A program made the position numbers and the translations under genes. Shown one piece after another: positions 19,084-27,702 of a DNA stretch of 64,000 bases. Source of the DNA: an uncultured Acidobacteriota bacterium (GTDB taxonomy: Bacteria; Acidobacteriota; Vicinamibacteria; Vicinamibacterales; 2-12-FULL-66-21). The notes under the pieces were generated by a model, which saw nothing but the letters and a program-made list of their open reading frames with translations, was not told the DNA's origin and did no database searches. The first letter of the stretch is position 1. Each line of letters begins with the position of its first letter. The stretch spans positions 545,469 to 609,468 of the forward strand of contig CAVYZR010000008.1 of assembly GCA_963773005.1 (NCBI GenBank), read 5' to 3'.

Positions 19084-20451
19084 TCACGCGCGAACGATAC
19101 CCAGCGGTTGAGTCGAGCGCCAGCGGCCGCGTGTGAAGTCAGGAAAGTCGACGGCGCTGCTGCGGCGCGCATTCGATCGCTCGCTCAGCTGGACGACTGC
19201 GCTCAGCGCCGCCGCGTCGTAGACGTTCATGTCGGTCGGGAGACCCTCATGCAGGCATTTGATGAGCCGATAGTCCTCGATGTAGTCCATGCCGCCGTGG
19301 CCCGCGCCCTCGGCGCGCTTCGTCAGGTCCGACCACAGTGGATGGTCGTACTGATCGAGGTAGGTCTTCGCTTCTTCCCAGCCGTGTTCGGGACTCCGGC
19401 CTTCGATGTAGACACGATCCGGATAGCCTTGAAAGATTCCCTTGGTTCCTTGGACCATGTGAATACGGCTGTACGGGCGAGGCAGGTTGGTGTCGTGGCT
19501 GACGTAGATGGTCCGGCCCCTTGCAGTGCGAATGAGTGAGACGTTGACGTCGCCGAGCACGAACTTCTCGGATCGTTGCGGCGCGTCGGCCGGATAGTGT
19601 TCCTGGGCCCACGCCTGCAGACCGCGCGATGGTCCGCTCATCGATACGAGGTACTCGAATCGGTCACCGCGATTGATATCCATGCAGTTGGCCACCGGGC
19701 CGAGACCGTGGGTGGGGTAGAGGTTCGCGTTGACCTTCGACGCCCAGGCGCGGCGCCACAGCCCCTCGCCCTTGGTGGAGAACTTGATGCTCCGCAGATC
19801 GTGAAGGTAGCCGCCCTCGGCGTGCAGAATCTCGCCGAAGAGACCCTGGCGCACCATGTTGAAGACCATCATCTCCGGTCGGTCGTAGTTGCAGTTCTCC
19901 ATCATGACGCAGTGCTTGCGATGCTTTTCCGCGTCCTCCACGAGCTGCCAGCAGTCGTCGAGAGTCATCGCTGCGGGGACCTCGGTCGCTGCGTGCTTAC
20001 CGTTCTTCATCGCGGCCACGCACACCGGCACGTGCCATTCCCACGGCGTCGCGTTGAAGACGAGGTCGAGCTCCTCGGTTTCGCACAATCGCTCGAAGTC
20101 GCGCGGTCCGCGCGCGTAGGCCGTCGGTTCTTTTTGCCCCGCCTCGACGACCCACTTTTGGACGAGTTTGACGCGCTCTTCAGCGATGTCGCACACCGCC
20201 GTGATACGAACGCCGGGAACGCCCAGCATGTTGCGGACGTGGGCCCCGCCCTGGCCACCAACCCCCACGAATCCGATCCGGACTTCCGGAATCGGCGGCG
20301 CCGCGAAGCCGGGCGAGAGTGTTCCACCTGGCTGCTGAGCGGCTGCCGGCGTGCCCTCCGCGCTCGCCCCGGCCACTGACGCACCAACGAGGGCGCCAGC
20401 GAGTTGGAGAAACGTACGGCGATCTGGGTTGGTGGAGTTCGTGTCAGACAT
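19084..20451 (-). CDS. Gfo/Idh/MocA oxidoreductase with TAT signal (GH109-like)
   Basis: Twin-arginine motif DRRTFLQLAGALVGASVAGASA and Rossmann motif RIGFVGVGGQGGAH. ATG 20451 preferred; the track start 20490 is a GTG overlapping the upstream gene. Confidence 0.7.
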   Translation of the reverse strand: MSDTNSTNPDRRTFLQLAGALVGASVAGASAEGTPAAAQQPGGTLSPGFAAPPIPEVRIGFVGVGGQGGAHVRNMLGVPGVRITAVCDIAEERVKLVQKWVVEAGQKEPTAYARGPRDFERLCETEELDLVFNATPWEWHVPVCVAAMKNGKHAATEVPAAMTLDDCWQLVEDAEKHRKHCVMMENCNYDRPEMMVFNMVRQGLFGEILHAEGGYLHDLRSIKFSTKGEGLWRRAWASKVNANLYPTHGLGPVANCMDINRGDRFEYLVSMSGPSRGLQAWAQEHYPADAPQRSEKFVLGDVNVSLIRTARGRTIYVSHDTNLPRPYSRIHMVQGTKGIFQGYPDRVYIEGRSPEHGWEEAKTYLDQYDHPLWSDLTKRAEGAGHGGMDYIEDYRLIKCLHEGLPTDMNVYDAAALSAVVQLSERSNARRSSAVDFPDFTRGRWRSTQPLGIVRA

Positions 20452-20482
20452 GGGAGCTGGTACTCCTAATCGAGATTTCACC

Positions 20483-21820
20483 TCACTCACTCAACTCTAC
20501 GACCGCCGGCCCCGGCCTGGTCAGGAAGAACCGTGAGCGCGCGGCGACCGACGGGCACGCGGCAGCATACGCATTCTGCCACTGATCGAGGAAAGCGCCG
20601 CCGCGGGACTGTTCGATGAGCGCCCACGCGCTGCCGCCAAATCCCGCACCGAAGGCCGACGCCGCCCACGCGCCGAGCTCGCGAGCCGTCCTGACAAGCG
20701 CTTCCGTCTCCGGCACCTGGTTGCGCAGCAGCCTTTCGGCAAGGTGCTGCGACCGCGCCACCGTGACACCGAATCCCTCCAAGTCCCCGTGCTCGAGCTG
20801 ATCGGCGGCGGTCGGGACCAGCCGGGTGCTCTCTTCGAAAAACTGATCGAACCGGTCGAGCAGCTCCTGGTCGCCGCTCAGCGTCGCGCGCAGCCGGTCA
20901 GCCGCTTCGTCAGAGGAGGAGATGGCGGCAGCCAACGACTCGTCGCGCCGGCCGGTCGCCTCGAGCCAACGCTCGAACACCCGTCCCGCAACTCGCGACG
21001 CGCGGTTGTAGTCGTCTCGCGCCTCTCCGGTCTTGCTCGCGGCGACGCCGCTGACGCCGATGGCGAAGACCAGTCCGTCCGACAGCGGAATCGACCGCTC
21101 GCGGCGAGTTGGACAAAAGGCGTACTGTCCGACCCGCGACGGTTCGCTGCAGAGGATCGCCGTGTGATCCTCGCTGCCACCTTCCGTGCCGACGCCGCCT
21201 TCACCGATCAGGTCTCGAAATGTTCGCCCGTTTTCAATCGTCGCCGCGTACGCCGCCAGGTCCTCGGGTCCGTTCCGAAGGTTACCCGTCCAGGCCGCGG
21301 TCTTATCGAGCCGGTTCGCGTGGACGAGCGCGAGCAGAACGGCAATCATCAGCGCGCTGGAGCTGCTCATGCCCGCCGCCGACGGCAGGTCGCTCTCGAA
21401 CACGAGGTCAATGCCGTGGCGCATCTCGGGAAAGTTGCGAGAGAGACGGCGCAACACGGTCAACGGGTATGTTGACCAGCTGACCGCTGGCGGTGGTCCG
21501 TGGAGCCCCGTGAGCTCGAGCATCAAGCGTGCGCCCCGACCGAGGTCAGTCAGCGCCACGCGTCCGTCCGCGCGTGGCGCCGAGACGACGTCGAAACCGC
21601 GTTCGGCCGCGCAGATCAGGCTGCGGCCGCCCCCATAGTCGGTGTGCTTGCCGAGGACTTCGACGCGGCCGGGAACGAACCAGGCAGCCCATGTGTCGAT
21701 GTCACGGCGCTCTGTCCCAAGCGCCGCCAGCACGCGCCGAAGCCTGGAGGCGCGGGCGCTGGCGACCGCGGCGCTGAGCCCGGCTTCTTCGAGCGCTTGT
21801 GCAAGATCCGGCGCAATCAT
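20483..21820 (-). CDS. GHMP-family sugar kinase (galactokinase-like)
   Basis: Galactokinase-type signature VPGRVEVLGKHTDYGGG and GHMP motif LPSAAGMSSSSAL. Confidence 0.7.
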   Translation of the reverse strand: MIAPDLAQALEEAGLSAAVASARASRLRRVLAALGTERRDIDTWAAWFVPGRVEVLGKHTDYGGGRSLICAAERGFDVVSAPRADGRVALTDLGRGARLMLELTGLHGPPPAVSWSTYPLTVLRRLSRNFPEMRHGIDLVFESDLPSAAGMSSSSALMIAVLLALVHANRLDKTAAWTGNLRNGPEDLAAYAATIENGRTFRDLIGEGGVGTEGGSEDHTAILCSEPSRVGQYAFCPTRRERSIPLSDGLVFAIGVSGVAASKTGEARDDYNRASRVAGRVFERWLEATGRRDESLAAAISSSDEAADRLRATLSGDQELLDRFDQFFEESTRLVPTAADQLEHGDLEGFGVTVARSQHLAERLLRNQVPETEALVRTARELGAWAASAFGAGFGGSAWALIEQSRGGAFLDQWQNAYAAACPSVAARSRFFLTRPGPAVVELSE

Positions 21821-21866
21821 CGTCGACGTGCGATCCTCTGACTAGAAGCTATCTCACTAAACCCCA

Positions 21867-21922
21867 ATCCGTGTTGTCCGTGTAATCCGTGGCTCTCGGG
21901 ACGCGGTCCGTGTAATCGGTGG
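21867..21922. repeat. TCCGTG/CACGGA 9-mer tandem block (family B)
   Basis: ATCCGTGTTGTCCGTGTAATCCGTGG...GTCCGTGTAATCGGTGG. Ends exactly at the stop codon of gene 21923..22762. Confidence 0.8.
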
Positions 21923-22762
21923 TTAGGGACGCGGCTCGAACGCCGACAACCGACGTTCAACCTCGGCGATGTCTTCCCGGCGCGAGAGGTCGAGCACGCC
22001 CGCGTCTACCGGAATCGCGCGGAAGCGTTCGCCCATGACCCGCACAGCATAACGAACGGCGTTGGGCAGCTCGAGCTCGCCGCGCGGCGAGAGCTCGATG
22101 CTCCGGCAGGCAGTAAAGATCGCTGGCCCGAACCGCCAGCAGTTCATGCTGACCCTCACGTCATGTCTCCCGTGCCCCCCGTCGATCGCATCGTCGCCAA
22201 AATGGCGCGCGAACGTGGCTGGATCGGGCTTCTCGAGGATGTCCACCAGTGTGCCGGTTTGGTCGACGGTCAGGAACGCGAAGCTGCGGATTCGCTCCGC
22301 ATCGATGTTGCTCTGCTCGATGAGCGTTGAACGGCGGAACGCCGGCAATCCTGGGCCATCGAGCGCGACGAGCGCGCGCAAGACGTCCACGGGGTAGTAG
22401 TTGTCGGCGTTGAGGACCAGGAACGGCGCCTCTTGCACGAACCACTCAGCCGACAGGACTGCGTCAGCCGTGCCTCGTGCCTGCTCTTGAATGGCAAAAG
22501 CGACGCGCACGCGCTCTGGAGGACGCGTGCGCTCGTAGTAATCTCGGACGGCGTCGTGCTCGGGTCCGATCACCAGGCAGATGTCCAGGCATCCGGCGTC
22601 GGCGAGCGAGCTGAGGATGTAGTCGAGAAACGGCCGCCGAAACGGGATCATCGCCTTGAGGCCGGAGTCGGCCACGCGCGACTGCGCTTCGTCGATGGTC
22701 GCCGCCTCGTCGACGCGCTGCATCCTCGTGCCCTTGCCCCGGGCCAGGACGAGGGCCTTCAC
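21923..22762 (-). CDS. sugar-phosphate nucleotidyltransferase
   Basis: GTG start. N-terminal MKALVLARGKGTRM (the G-x-G-T-R nucleotidyltransferase motif). 279 aa. Confidence 0.7.
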   Translation of the reverse strand: MKALVLARGKGTRMQRVDEAATIDEAQSRVADSGLKAMIPFRRPFLDYILSSLADAGCLDICLVIGPEHDAVRDYYERTRPPERVRVAFAIQEQARGTADAVLSAEWFVQEAPFLVLNADNYYPVDVLRALVALDGPGLPAFRRSTLIEQSNIDAERIRSFAFLTVDQTGTLVDILEKPDPATFARHFGDDAIDGGHGRHDVRVSMNCWRFGPAIFTACRSIELSPRGELELPNAVRYAVRVMGERFRAIPVDAGVLDLSRREDIAEVERRLSAFEPRP

Positions 22763-22788
22763 GGGTGGTTGCTAGTCACTCACAAACG

Positions 22789-22815
22789 AATCCGTGTTAT
22801 CCGTGTAATCCGTGG
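22789..22815. repeat. TCCGTG/CACGGA 9-mer tandem block (family B)
   Basis: AATCCGTGTTATCCGTGTAATCCGTGG. Lies 2 nt from the stop of gene 22818..23432 and upstream of the nucleotidyltransferase start. Confidence 0.8.
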
Positions 22816-22817
22816 CC

Positions 22818-23432
22818 CTAGAAGAGCGAGTAGACCGCGCCGACGCTCAGCAGAATGGCATCCGCCGTCCACTGATTGCGATACTCGGTTCCGTCGGCGC
22901 TGCGGTAAATAAGGTCCGGCCGATTGAAACTGTAGCCGGCAAACCCGATGATTGCCACCCGCGACGCGACCGTCCACGTGACGCCGACGCCCGGCCGCAC
23001 CGCGAAGCTATTCTTCGCGTCGAGTTCCGGCACGCGTGGGCCAGGAGGCAACCGGTTGAGAAAGTCCTCGTCGAAGTCGAGATCGTTGAACGACGGTCCG
23101 GCGACGACGGAGAAGCTGATGAGTACGGGCTGCTCGCCGATTGTATAGGCCACTCCGCCCATCACCGGCCGCACGCGCAGCTTCGCGAACGTCTGGCCGG
23201 CCACCGGTTCGTCCACGTCGGCGCGGAACCAGCCGAGCCCGCCGGCAAACCCCCAACCTTTTTTCGGGTTGAGCCGCACGAGGCCACCGAAACCAACGAG
23301 CGGTCCCACCTCGCTGTCGGTCGGCTTGACGTAGGTCACTGTGCCACCGACGCTGATGCGGCCTTTGGTCTGGGCTGCGGCGGGAACGGCGAAGGTCAGG
23401 AGTAGCCCGGCGATCGTCAGCACACGCGTCAT
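22818..23432 (-). CDS. small outer-membrane beta-barrel protein
   Basis: ATG 23432 within track ORF 22818..23669. Signal MTRVLTIAGLLLTFAVPAAAQ, 204 aa, alternating strands, C-terminal ...GAVYSLF. Confidence 0.6.
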   Translation of the reverse strand: MTRVLTIAGLLLTFAVPAAAQTKGRISVGGTVTYVKPTDSEVGPLVGFGGLVRLNPKKGWGFAGGLGWFRADVDEPVAGQTFAKLRVRPVMGGVAYTIGEQPVLISFSVVAGPSFNDLDFDEDFLNRLPPGPRVPELDAKNSFAVRPGVGVTWTVASRVAIIGFAGYSFNRPDLIYRSADGTEYRNQWTADAILLSVGAVYSLF

Positions 23433-23660
23433 TGACAAAGCTCCAGTGGAGGAACGCCAGGGGAGAAACTCCCCAAGTCGGGTGCTCCAAAGCAATTGAG
23501 AACGGTCGAGATCGACCCTCAGCGCCAGCTGAGCATCGAGCCGGATATGAAAGCGAAAGCCTACAGTGATACACCGGCCGGTCGCAAGTGTCAGAAAAGC
23601 CAAGGTTCTAGGCCCGGAAGAAGTGGTACTCCTTTTGCTCAGAATCAGCAGGAGCTGACC

Positions 23661-24005
23661 ATGAGTCATCCGAAGTATCTTCCGGCGTTGCGGACCGAGG
23701 CTCGAAGTCTAGGACTGGCACGGTTGAGCGTTCGCGCAGCAGACGATCGGGAACTCGGGAAGCTCGTCGGTTTCGTCATCGATTCGCGGGCGCAGACGAT
23801 TTCCAGCCTTGTCCTGGAAGTGGCGGATGGGACCGGATCGCAGCAGGTTGCGGTGCCGATGGTTCCGCTGCGCCTGGATGCGGAGCGCCAGGCGTTGCGA
23901 TTGCTTCACACGGGAACGTTGCCGGCGATGGCGTTTCGCCCGGAATCTGTTTCGCAGGTCGAGGAAGACGACCTCTGGATTCCGTTGATTCACAGCGCGG
24001 CGTAA
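23661..24005 (+). CDS. PRC-barrel-like domain protein (hypothetical)
   Basis: ATG 23661 preceded by GGAG. Pattern ELGKLVGFVIDSRAQTISSLVLEV resembles a PRC barrel. Confidence 0.4.
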   Translation: MSHPKYLPALRTEARSLGLARLSVRAADDRELGKLVGFVIDSRAQTISSLVLEVADGTGSQQVAVPMVPLRLDAERQALRLLHTGTLPAMAFRPESVSQVEEDDLWIPLIHSAA

Positions 24006-24228
24006 GGGCTCAAGGCTCACGCAAATTCTTGGTGTAGATCCCTCAACTCAGCCGCGGGCTCCGCGGTGCGGTCGCCCTGGTCGTGCAACAACACTTCGGC
24101 GACCTAGCGTCGCGTGATCGGGAGCCTCCGACACTCTCAAAACACCGAGCGCCTTATACTGTCCCGATCGCCTGGGCCACAACCGCCTTGGGATTTTCAT
24201 CACCAATCTCATCCGTGGAGGGACCGCC

Positions 24229-24429
24229 GTGGCTATTCACAAAGTCATCGAAGTGATCGCGCAGTCCGGGAAGAGCTGGGAAGACGCAGCGCAGTCCGCC
24301 GTCAAGGATGCCGGCAAGACAGTCAAGAACATCAGGTCGATCTGGATCAAGAATGCCGAGGGCGTCGTTGAGAAGAACAAGATCGTTGCCTACCGCGTCA
24401 ACGCGCACATCACCTTCGAGATCAAGTAG
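24229..24429 (+). CDS. dodecin-family flavin-binding protein
   Basis: 66 aa, GTG start with GGAGGG 6 nt upstream. Sequence AIHKVIEVIAQSGKSWEDAAQSAVKDAGKTVKNIRSIWIKN...AYRVNAHITFEI matches the dodecin pattern. Confidence 0.7.
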   Translation: MAIHKVIEVIAQSGKSWEDAAQSAVKDAGKTVKNIRSIWIKNAEGVVEKNKIVAYRVNAHITFEIK

Positions 24430-24437
24430 CCAAGACG

Positions 24438-27098
24438 TCAGACGCGGCTGACGTCGCTGCTGGTACCGCCGGCCGCCGCGATGTAAGCCTTGAGCAGGTA
24501 GTCCTTGACCATGCGGTCGGCGCTGAAACGCCAGCCGAGCGTGCGGATCGCGCGTTTGACGCGCGCGATCCACTCGCGCGGCAGGCCGTCCCGATCCCGG
24601 TTGTAGTACAGCGGCACGACGACATCGCGCAGGACCTCGAGCAATGATTCGCCGTCGCGCCGGTCGTGCACGTCAATCGAGGTGTGCGTTTCGCCCATGC
24701 CGATCGCGAACCCGTTGACGCCGTCGTAGGCCTCCGCCCACCAGCCGTCGAGAATCGACAGGTTGAGCCCGCCGTTGAGCACGATCTTCTGGCCACTCGT
24801 GCCACACGCTTCGAGCGGCCGGCGGGGATTGTTGATCCATACGTCGACGCCCTGCACGAGGTGGCGGCCGACATTGATGTCGTAGTCCTCGACGAAGACG
24901 AGCTTGCCAGCGAAGCGCGGATCGCGGGTCAGCTGAGCGATCTCGCGCAGCAGCGCCTTGCCCGGACCATCGTGTGGATGCGACTTGCCGGCGAAGACGA
25001 ACTGGACCGGCATCGTCGCGTTGTTGACGAGCGCCGCGAACGCCTCGATATCGCGCAGCATCAGCGTGGCGCGCTTGTAGGTCGCGAACCGCCGCGCGAA
25101 ACCGATGGTCAGCGCGTCGAAACTGAGGGCGCGGCGGAGCGGCGCGACGAGCTCGGCGGGCTCGCCGCGACGCTCTGCCTGATGCGCCGTTCGGCGTCGG
25201 ACGGTCTCGATGAGCTGCACCTTCAGCGTCTGGTGCGTCTCCCAGAGCTCGCCGTCGTCGATCGCGTCGATGCGATCCCAGAGCGAGGCATCGCTCGCCC
25301 GCGCGGTCCAGTTGGGACCAAGGTGGCGGTCGTACACCTGGCGCATCTGCGGTGCCAGCCATGTCGGCACGTGGACGCCGTTGGTGATGTGGCCAATCGG
25401 CACGCGGTCTTCGCTGCGATCGGGGTAGAGAGGGCTCCACATCGCACGCGAGACCTGGCCGTGCAGCGACGAGACGGCGTTGGCGCGGTGGCACGACTTG
25501 AGCGCGAGGACCGTCATGCAGAACGTTTCGTTGCCATCCGACGGGTTCACGCGTCCGAGGCCAAGAAACCGGTCGCGATCGACGCCCAGGGATTCCCGCA
25601 GCGGGCCGAGGTGCTCTTCGACAAGAGCCGGCGTGAAGCGGTCGTGGCCAGCGGGGACCGGCGTATGCGTGGTGAAGACGACTTGCGGTGCGACGCGCCG
25701 CATCGCTTCCCAGGCATCGACGCCTTCGACCACCATGCGTTGACGGACGAGCTCCAGGGGCGCGAAAGCGCTGTGGCCCTCGTTGAGATGGAGGACGCCC
25801 GGCGCAATGCCGAGCGCGGCAAGCGCGCGGACGCCGCCGACGCCGAGGAGGAGCTCCTGGCGGATGCGAATCCGGTCATCGCCGCCGTAGAGTCGTGCCG
25901 TCAGCTCGCGATCCTCGGGCTGGTTGCCTTCGACGTTGGAATCGAGGAGGAGCAGCGTGTTGCGGCCGACCGAGAGCTGCCAGACGCGCGCGGCAATCGT
26001 TCCGGTGCGCGTCTCGACCGAGACGGTCACCGGGACACCCTGGCTGAGCGCCGGCCGCATCGGCAGCGAGCGATGATCGACGTCGATGTAGTCCTCGTGT
26101 TGCCAGCCGTCGCGATCGAGGCGCTGGCGGAAGTAGCCCTGGTCGTAGTAGAGGCCGACGCCGATGAGCGGAATGCCGAGGTCCGAGGCGCTCTTGATGT
26201 GATCGCCGGCCAGGATGCCGAGGCCGCCCGAATAGATCGGCAGCGATTCGTGGATGCCGAACTCCGCCGAGAAGTACGCGACCGGTCGCGCCCAGAGGAC
26301 GCCTGCGTGCCGGGCGCCCCAGGTGTGGGTCGAGTGCAGATACTCCTGAAGGCGGCGATAGGCGTAGTTGATGCGGCTGTGGAGCGCCAGCTGCGAGGCC
26401 CGTTCCTCGAGCTTGTCGATCGGGATTTGCTGCAGCAGGGCCACGGGATTGTTGTCGAGGGTGCGCCAGAGGACCGGATCGAGCTCGCGAAAGAGACTGG
26501 TCGTATCGGGATCCCAGCTCCACCAGAGATTCTGCGCGAGCGCGCCCAGCCGCTGGTGCGCAGGGGCGACGAACTGCCCGAGCGTTCGCGCTTCGGTCAC
26601 CATCGGCGCCAGCTGCGCGCCGGCCATCGTCAGCAGGCGCATGTCTTCGGCGCCGAACGTCCGGGCGTCGATCGTCTGGACGACCAGGACCCCCTGGAGC
26701 AGGCCTCGTTCGATGATCGGAACACCGAGGAACGAGCGGTAGGGATCTTCGCCCGCCTCGGGAAAATACTTGAAGCGCGGGTGCGTCGGTGCATCGGCGA
26801 CGAACTGTGGCCGGAGGCGTTCGGCGACGAGTCCGGCGAGTCCCTCCGAGAGCCGCATCCTGACGCGGCCGACGCTCTCGGCGCGCAACCCCACCGTGGC
26901 AGCAAGGACCAGGTTGGCGCGATCGGGCTCGAGCAGGTAGACCGAACAGACGTCGGTGCTGAACCGGCGCTGGATTAGGTGAACGATGTTGTTCAGCGTT
27001 TCCGAGGCGTTGCCGCTCGCCGACACCAGTCGGCTGATTTCCTCGAGCGTCCAAAGCGCCGAATCCTCGTCACGCACCGCCACGTCTCTGATGCTCAC
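24438..27098 (-). CDS. glgP: alpha-glucan (glycogen) phosphorylase with N-terminal GAF domain
   Basis: 886 aa, GTG start with GGAGGG upstream. Residues ~15-170 are GAF-like (ETLNNIVHLIQRRFSTDVCSVYLLEP...GVLVVQT). The rest is alpha-glucan phosphorylase family (YFSAEFGIHESLPIYSGGLGILAGDH...FAGKSHPHD...NLSILDGWW). Confidence 0.8.
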   Translation of the reverse strand: MSIRDVAVRDEDSALWTLEEISRLVSASGNASETLNNIVHLIQRRFSTDVCSVYLLEPDRANLVLAATVGLRAESVGRVRMRLSEGLAGLVAERLRPQFVADAPTHPRFKYFPEAGEDPYRSFLGVPIIERGLLQGVLVVQTIDARTFGAEDMRLLTMAGAQLAPMVTEARTLGQFVAPAHQRLGALAQNLWWSWDPDTTSLFRELDPVLWRTLDNNPVALLQQIPIDKLEERASQLALHSRINYAYRRLQEYLHSTHTWGARHAGVLWARPVAYFSAEFGIHESLPIYSGGLGILAGDHIKSASDLGIPLIGVGLYYDQGYFRQRLDRDGWQHEDYIDVDHRSLPMRPALSQGVPVTVSVETRTGTIAARVWQLSVGRNTLLLLDSNVEGNQPEDRELTARLYGGDDRIRIRQELLLGVGGVRALAALGIAPGVLHLNEGHSAFAPLELVRQRMVVEGVDAWEAMRRVAPQVVFTTHTPVPAGHDRFTPALVEEHLGPLRESLGVDRDRFLGLGRVNPSDGNETFCMTVLALKSCHRANAVSSLHGQVSRAMWSPLYPDRSEDRVPIGHITNGVHVPTWLAPQMRQVYDRHLGPNWTARASDASLWDRIDAIDDGELWETHQTLKVQLIETVRRRTAHQAERRGEPAELVAPLRRALSFDALTIGFARRFATYKRATLMLRDIEAFAALVNNATMPVQFVFAGKSHPHDGPGKALLREIAQLTRDPRFAGKLVFVEDYDINVGRHLVQGVDVWINNPRRPLEACGTSGQKIVLNGGLNLSILDGWWAEAYDGVNGFAIGMGETHTSIDVHDRRDGESLLEVLRDVVVPLYYNRDRDGLPREWIARVKRAIRTLGWRFSADRMVKDYLLKAYIAAAGGTSSDVSRV

Positions 27099-27132
27099 CG
27101 ACCCTCCGCGTCCAGACTGTTTCGGACGATTG

Positions 27133-27231
27133 AAACGATTTGAGAATGCAACTATTCGAGGATCAAACTATTTAAGGATGAAAACTATTTAAGGATGAAA
27201 CCTACTTAAGGATGAAACCATTAAGGAAGAG
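27133..27231 (+). repeat. six tandem ~17-bp AT-rich repeats (consensus AAACTATTTAAGGATGA)
   Basis: Units start at 27133, 27150, 27165, 27182, 27199 and 27216. Units 27165-27181 and 27182-27198 are identical. Five units carry GGA. The array lies 35-135 bp upstream of the glgP GTG on the opposite strand. Confidence 0.85.
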
Positions 27232-27319
27232 CAAGAACGCTGCCCCCCGAGCGCCCGCTCGCGCCGCTGTTTTCCCCGCACTTCAGAGCCCTGCGGGTGC
27301 CGTCAAGACGGGCGCATGA

Positions 27320-27357
27320 CATTTATGTAGGATTACACCAACGATAATACATAAATG
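27320..27357. promoter_or_regulatory. AT-rich perfect 10-bp inverted repeat CATTTATGTA-N18-TACATAAATG
   Basis: Arms at 27320-27329 and 27348-27357, read directly. Located in the divergent glgP / small-gene intergenic region. Candidate operator or RNA hairpin. Confidence 0.5.
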
Positions 27358-27483
27358 CTCACCGTTCGAATCGTCCCATCGCCTTGGGAATTCGACTCGC
27401 TGAAAACGCCGCGGAATTGTCGCACACCTCGCGCGGATCACGTCTTGCTTTCGCAAACGCCAACCTGGATTGGCTCGAAGGCC

Positions 27484-27702
27484 ATGTTGCCTCTCAATCT
27501 CGATACCCTCGAATTTCACCAGCTCGTCGACCGCGTGCGGAGCGAGTTCCTGGAGATGCCTGGGCTGCGGCTGACCCTGCCGCAGGCGGCGCGACTCTGG
27601 GGTCTCGACCTGCCGTCGTGCGAAGCGGTCGTGGATGCACTGATCCGATCCGCCTTTCTTCAGCGGACGGCGACGGGTGCGGTGACCCGGGTCGACGCGT
27701 GA
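27484..27702 (+). CDS. small putative winged-helix DNA-binding protein (hypothetical)
   Basis: ATG 27484 within track ORF 27355..27702, 72 aa. Sequence LTLPQAARLWGLDLPSCEAVVDALIRSAFLQR resembles an HTH recognition segment. Family not recognised. Confidence 0.4.
   Translation: MLPLNLDTLEFHQLVDRVRSEFLEMPGLRLTLPQAARLWGLDLPSCEAVVDALIRSAFLQRTATGAVTRVDA

Noticed and set aside
24666-26978. 770-aa + strand ORF
   Set aside because: It lies antisense to the well-supported glgP gene. The composition is Arg/Asp/Glu-rich with no recognisable motifs, which is the typical high-GC shadow ORF.
27133-27231. CRISPR array, or plasmid-type iterons/origin
   Set aside because: The units are contiguous with no spacers, are 17 bp long and AT-rich, and there are no cas genes, so it is not CRISPR. 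No rep gene or DnaA boxes are nearby, so an origin is unsupported.
27364-27372. tRNA T-loop-like GTTCGAATC
   Set aside because: The flanking bases do not form a T-stem, and no acceptor or anticodon arms could be drawn. No tRNA was found anywhere in the window.
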